Assembly (NCBI GenBank): GCA_965285935.1
Contig: OZ260666.1
Coordinates: forward strand, 50,592,001-50,656,000
From: Ophelia neglecta
Lineage: Eukaryota
Direction: 5' to 3'
DNA: 64,000 nucleotides
The notes beneath the pieces were generated by a model. It was not told the DNA's origin. It made no database searches and was given only the letters and a program-made list of their open reading frames with translations. The position numbers and the translations under genes were made by a program. Below, in pieces: positions 55,201-61,200 of this stretch; position 1 is the first letter of the stretch; each line of letters starts with the position of its first letter.

Positions 55201-58200
55201 ATGGTACATTTGTCCTACTTTTTACTTTAAATATCTAGAGCAAAGAAACAAATTCGAAAGGAGACGTTGGCTCTTGGATCGCCAGTTTGGTTATGATACA
55301 TTTGAATCTGGTGGTTCAGTTGCGGACAAAACTCAACAGTGAATCATCAGTTCGTGTGAAGTCTGTGTACGTATTACAGGACTGCCATGATTGACACACA
55401 CACCATTGAATAATCTGGAAATGCTTCATACATAATAAATCAGAGAAGCTTCGGTGGATTGGACTAAGAAAACATTTATCTCTTTAGTCCCACCCACTTT
55501 CATTTGATGTTTGTTGAACTATATTAAGGTCAATTGAATAGAAGCAATGTGACCCCGATGTGGGTGAAAGCTTCTTTATAGTATCTGTGTCATTTGCGTA
55601 CCACACACATTTAAAAGCTGACCTATTGCCAAGTATGTTGCTAAACTGAGGTAGTCACCGGAACTTCCTTAAAAGGCACTGACAGACACTCCCATGTGTC
55701 CCACGTCATAAGATTGTGCGTTCCTAAGCAGACGATTCTGCCCTGAATGACATTTTGATGACTATGCCGAAGGACAACAGCGTTCTGACAACTATCACCT
55801 TACATCTAAATGGGCGCCATGGTTGAGTAAAAATGTAAATAAATACATCTTTCAAACAAAGTATTTCCTTAATGACTTGCAGGAGGATGACAAGTAGAAG
55901 CCTGCGAGCTGTCATTCATGTCACGTTAATTGAACTGGAAGCGAGAAAGAACCTTGTGGTTTTTGAAATCAGTGTAGGCGAGGACGTTTCAAAACCAAGT
56001 GGGCGTGTTTACTTTCAACTTGGCAATTCATTAATATATAAACCAGGCTCAAGTTAACTAAAATATGGCTGCTATGTTCGTTAATTATCGAACAGTCATG
56101 TATGAAATGACACCTGGCACCAGACTCACAATAAACTCCCTACTGCTAGAGAGTATAGGCCTCTGATGTGGTTCGAGACCTATAGCACTGTTCGATTTTT
56201 TTGCATGAATAATATTGCACAACTGTTAGAAAGATCTTCGTTTTTTAAGCTAACTAGTACTATAGCTTTATCAGGATAGCATTGAGTGATTAAATAGCGA
56301 GATCATAGCCCTCTAAAACAGACTTTTTTCTTGTTCTATTAAAAAAATATATATCTAGGCATAGCTAAATAATAAACAAACAGGTAAGACTTCAAAAGAG
56401 TTATTGTATTGAAATCAATTCGACTTGGTGTACATATATGGGTCTACTGAGCTTAAGCTTCCCCTCAATACTATAACAGTCCACCTGAATTATATATCTG
56501 AGTCCACATCAAGGTTATATACAAGAAAAGTCTACCTTCATTTGTGATATTATAAAAACCCGAATAGTAAAATAACCATTTAGACAGTCGATGGATTTGT
56601 TCCCTAGCTGGATACATACATTAATCTCAAAGCTGGACGCCATCAGACTTATCATCAAAGGTCGGGTGCGAGTCATGGACTAGATATGTAACTCATTTCA
56701 AACACGTGTTCTTTCCCATCATATTTATGCTTAAGTCGTTTAACATACAGATAGTTACGCATTCTTCTCTTTCATTTACCATAAAGTAAATAACTCTCAT
56801 TAAAATGTTCACTCTGCCGAACATCATCCGCTTAATACAAAGAGACCATCATGTCAAGGGGTCAACCCGTTCTTTTTTCATTTTCCACAGGCACTTAAAC
56901 GCGCATGTAGTTGTTTATTACAGTAAGTTTTAGGACGTAGCACGGCTCATAAACAGATGTGTTAACACTGGTGGCCACTCAGAGATGCACTGGCCTGAAT
57001 CCTGGACTAGTTCTGATCAGCAGTGCACTGAATGAGCGCACCAGCAGAACCGACCCTATTAACTCTAGAGCTGACAGGGTTGACTGGCTGGCATCAGTCC
57101 GGGTCTCCGGAGTTGATGGGAGGCGGAAACACGTGGAACTTTGATCCCGACACTCCGGAACCGAACGATTGCTATTGTTCACTCCATCACTTACAGTGAG
57201 TTGTGTACCCTATTATAAGTGGTTTTCACCATCAGTTGGTAAAAAGGCTGGCAAGGCGCCGTTGACAAAAAAGTTTAGTACAAGCCTACGTCAATGTGGT
57301 GCCCTGATTACACAGTGTACTTAATAAAACATTGTTTGATTGATTGTCTTCTCCAATAATTGTTTTATAGGTTGACAAAGGCGGTTAAATAGCAGCAGAA
57401 TAGAGTTTCTTTAGGCAATCCACATATTATTTCATAAATCAAAAAAACACAATTACCTTCAATAATGTGTAGTTGCTCTCCATTTCTCTAACATCTTCGT
57501 TTGCAAACTGAAATGAAAATAAAACTACTATCAATACAATCTTTTATAATAGTCTGAGGGCCTAGCAGTTAAACGCCACTTGATAAGTCTACTGCCAGCA
57601 GCCGATGTAGCCGCTTGAAGACTGCAGACAAACAAATATAAATAAATGACAATTCGATTTGAAACTTTCATCAAGTACCTTGTTTATAATGTTTTTATGA
57701 CGTGACTACAGACAGTGTTTGGTAAAACGGATAATTTTCTTTTCACAGTGATAACATATTTACAAAAGATGACTCTTATCACGGCCTAACAATGTATACA
57801 CCAACTCCACTGTCTTCTCTTGTGTCAATATCACACTTATTTATTTCCAATATAAATTACTTTCGTTGCTATAACAGTAAATTAAATAAGATCCTTTTCT
57901 CATAGGCCTATATCTCATTCTTCCATTAATTTTAGTAAAATGTGGGCATTCAAAACTTCTGAATGAACAAACTTCAGGTCATGCTATTATCCGAATTGAA
58001 TCCGTTTGGGATAAGTGCAATAAATGTGTTCTTAATTGCATTCTCATTAAAATTCCGTACGGGTTAAAAATTGCCTAATGGCATAGTATGGCGATGTCCC
58101 ACACGTGATCGGTCAAAGGTGAATCATTTACATTGTCGTCTGCCGCGATAATCTATGTCATGATTCGGGTCGCAGAGTAAATAAACTTAATGTTACATTA

Positions 58201-61200
58201 CACTGCCGACCAGACGACTGCTGACCATGCAGGGCTGTTGTAAAAATCATTAGAATCTACGAAAATTGAGGTAGGGAAAGTAGAGGTTTTAGCGCGACTG
58301 TTCTTTTTCTTATCAGAAAAAAGTTAATAGGCAGATAATTTCTTTAACGACTGGCAAAATATACGGCAATACCATTGACAAATAACTAAATTATCAAAAA
58401 TGGTCGCTTTCATCAAATATTGGTTATTTTTCGGTCGCTTTCAAAAGTAGTGTTATAGTTACGGCCCCAAGGCTTTAGTGTGCCTGCCATGAAAGACAAC
58501 CAGGCTTTGTTCATATTTCCCAGCACCGGTATATGGAGAAATCCTTCAGGTGAGCAAGCTCAAGTGTTTGTCTAGGAACTCTTAACAATCAAAACATAAA
58601 CCTAGCCCCCAATGCAAACGCTATTGTGTTAATACAATATCGTGATTCATACACATGACTTATGATCGATTTTGAGAGTCTTATAGTAAAATGTAAAGTG
58701 TTAGTAAATTAATTATTAATTAAGTGTATATACCTTCACATAAAAATTGAGGAGCATTACATCTGTAATAATTTCCTAGTGAAAGTAGCCCGGCTACTGC
58801 GTGTATGTACAGTGGTCCCTGCGATGTAGGGCCACCCCTATATCCAAGGAAAAGTGGCCTTACATTGCAGGTGGCCCTTCATCGGAGGTACTTAAACATG
58901 GTAAAGTGAGGACATGGGAATTCACAAACTATCCTGCCATCGCAGAAGCCCCTTTGGAGAGACCCTATATTGCAGGGAACACTTTATATCGTTTTGCTGG
59001 TCTGTAGTAGGCCTGTAATACGGTAAACATGGGAATTAGCAGCTGTTTTCTAAGTCTGCTGAGTCACATAGGTGGACATACAATATACATACAGATAGAT
59101 ACATAACGTCAGGTCACATGAATGAAAGTATATGGGCCTCTGTTATAATGAAATAATTAATATTATCGGGGAACATCACCACACCTCGAGTGCAAGAGCT
59201 GATGTATGGTGTCTGTAATAAACTATTGTCTAACGGATAAATGCATACCGTCATGTGGCGCGAATTCATATCATACCATTGCGAGAAAAACAACACAAAT
59301 TCTAATGTCTCTTTCTTTGTATATGCCAGTAATAAATAACCAGAAAACTGTGTTTAATGGACAATAATGTTTCCACTAATTATTCCTAAATCCCAATCTT
59401 ACTAAGCTGATTCAACTAATAGGCCTATGAGGTGTATTTGGAAATAGAAAAATTATATAAATAGATTACTACAAATTCATATCCCTGAAAATCGTTCCAA
59501 AAGTTGAGTATAGGTAACTTTTCCATGAAGAATTTTTTGAAGATTATTTTTGGATACCATCAAGGTTCAAGTCATGGCGTGTAAAGAATTGACACAGATG
59601 GTAGTTTTGCACTTATATCGTTTACCTATTTCTGAGGGCCTCTTGTGCTTTCTTTCAGGCTATGGTAGGTTTTTTTCGATGTTTGGTTTTGATCAGTAAC
59701 TAAACGATTATTACATTTCTTATCAGCTGGACGATAAGATAACACAGAAAACGGCGAGCTGCCACTGTTTCTTTCTGTAAAAGGTTCAGAGTGTGGACCA
59801 GGTGGTGTTTGACTATATATCATTAAGGATACTCAACGGTGTACTCTGACCTCGAATGTACTAATGAAAACAGTCAATAGATCACTTGGCATGAAAGTTA
59901 AATATAATCTAATGAAAAATCATAATAAGGAATATGTCCTAATGGGGCCTATCCACCCCCCCCCCCCCCGTCCCACACTTACTTGCCCCCGCCCCCTCCA
60001 CATTCACACACATATCCTGCAAAACTAGTTATAAAGTGGCTGGCCTCGGGACAGGCTGATGACCCGGCATATTATATACGGCGAAGTGGAAGGGGGGGGG
60101 GGTAGTGCTAGAACCCCACCCCACCCCCACCGCCTTATCCAACCCCGGGCCCTGCTCAACGTGCTTTGACAAACTTCTCATTCAAGGTTTATTCCACAAG
60201 AAGTAGGCACGCTATATCCTTCTTAGAGATGGTCTTGCGTCACCGGTATTTCATGAGTATGTTGATACATTATTAATTTAGGTTTAGGCAACATCTCTTA
60301 AAACCTCACAGCTACATACACTGTACATAAGAATTATATAGGCCCCTGCTGAAGAAAAATCCACTTTCAAACTAGGCACACATAACCTTGATGCGACACT
60401 TATCAGATCTACATATCCACTGGCACTGGTTTAATGAAGGGGAAACGTTGGGATTATCTAAACAGCGTGAGAGGAGTAGTGCTTAAGAATGACATCCATC
60501 AAAATGGCGTGAGAGGGGTCGTCCAAAAATATTAATTTCGAAGGTCATAAAATGAGTAAAAATAACGTCTTTTCTGTACGCACATGTATCATGTTCTTTC
60601 ATTGTGCCACGATGTCAATGAAATCCATCAAATGGTGTATAAGAGGAGATGTGATTACAAGTCTCCCAGACAAAGTGACGGACAGACGGACCGAACGGTC
60701 CATATATACCCCCCCCCCCTATGCCTGGAGCGGGGGTGGGGTGGTGGTATAGTAAAAATGGTTATCTTTTAGGCAAAATTTGCTATGACAACAATATCGC
60801 AAAAAAAACCGCGCCTCATCATGGTTAGACCAGAGTATTCGAATTTCACGTGTTTGTTAATACATTATTAATCCCATTCGAGGTTTAGGCAACATACCTT
60901 AACGGGAGAACCTTACAGCTACCTACAATGTGCACATGAACTATACAGGCCCGTGCCAAAGAAACATTCACTTTCCCACTAGGCACTCGTAACCTTATGA
61001 ATTATCCTGTGGAATTGTAAATCCAAATATCATCTGGCAATCAGTAGTGTTCCAGTAATATTCCAAACGACACAATTATACATTTATAACACAACGCAGG
61101 AATACGCCGCATATCGTATGATAATGATTGGGAATTATACAGGAGCATACGAGTTTAATCCCCGCTCTCCTGGGTTTAGCTTATTATTGTGTATTGGCCC

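Noticed and set aside
58489-58555. Plus-strand GCCATG...CAG|gtgagc as first exon of a nested gene
   Set aside because: No downstream plus-strand exons could be assembled.
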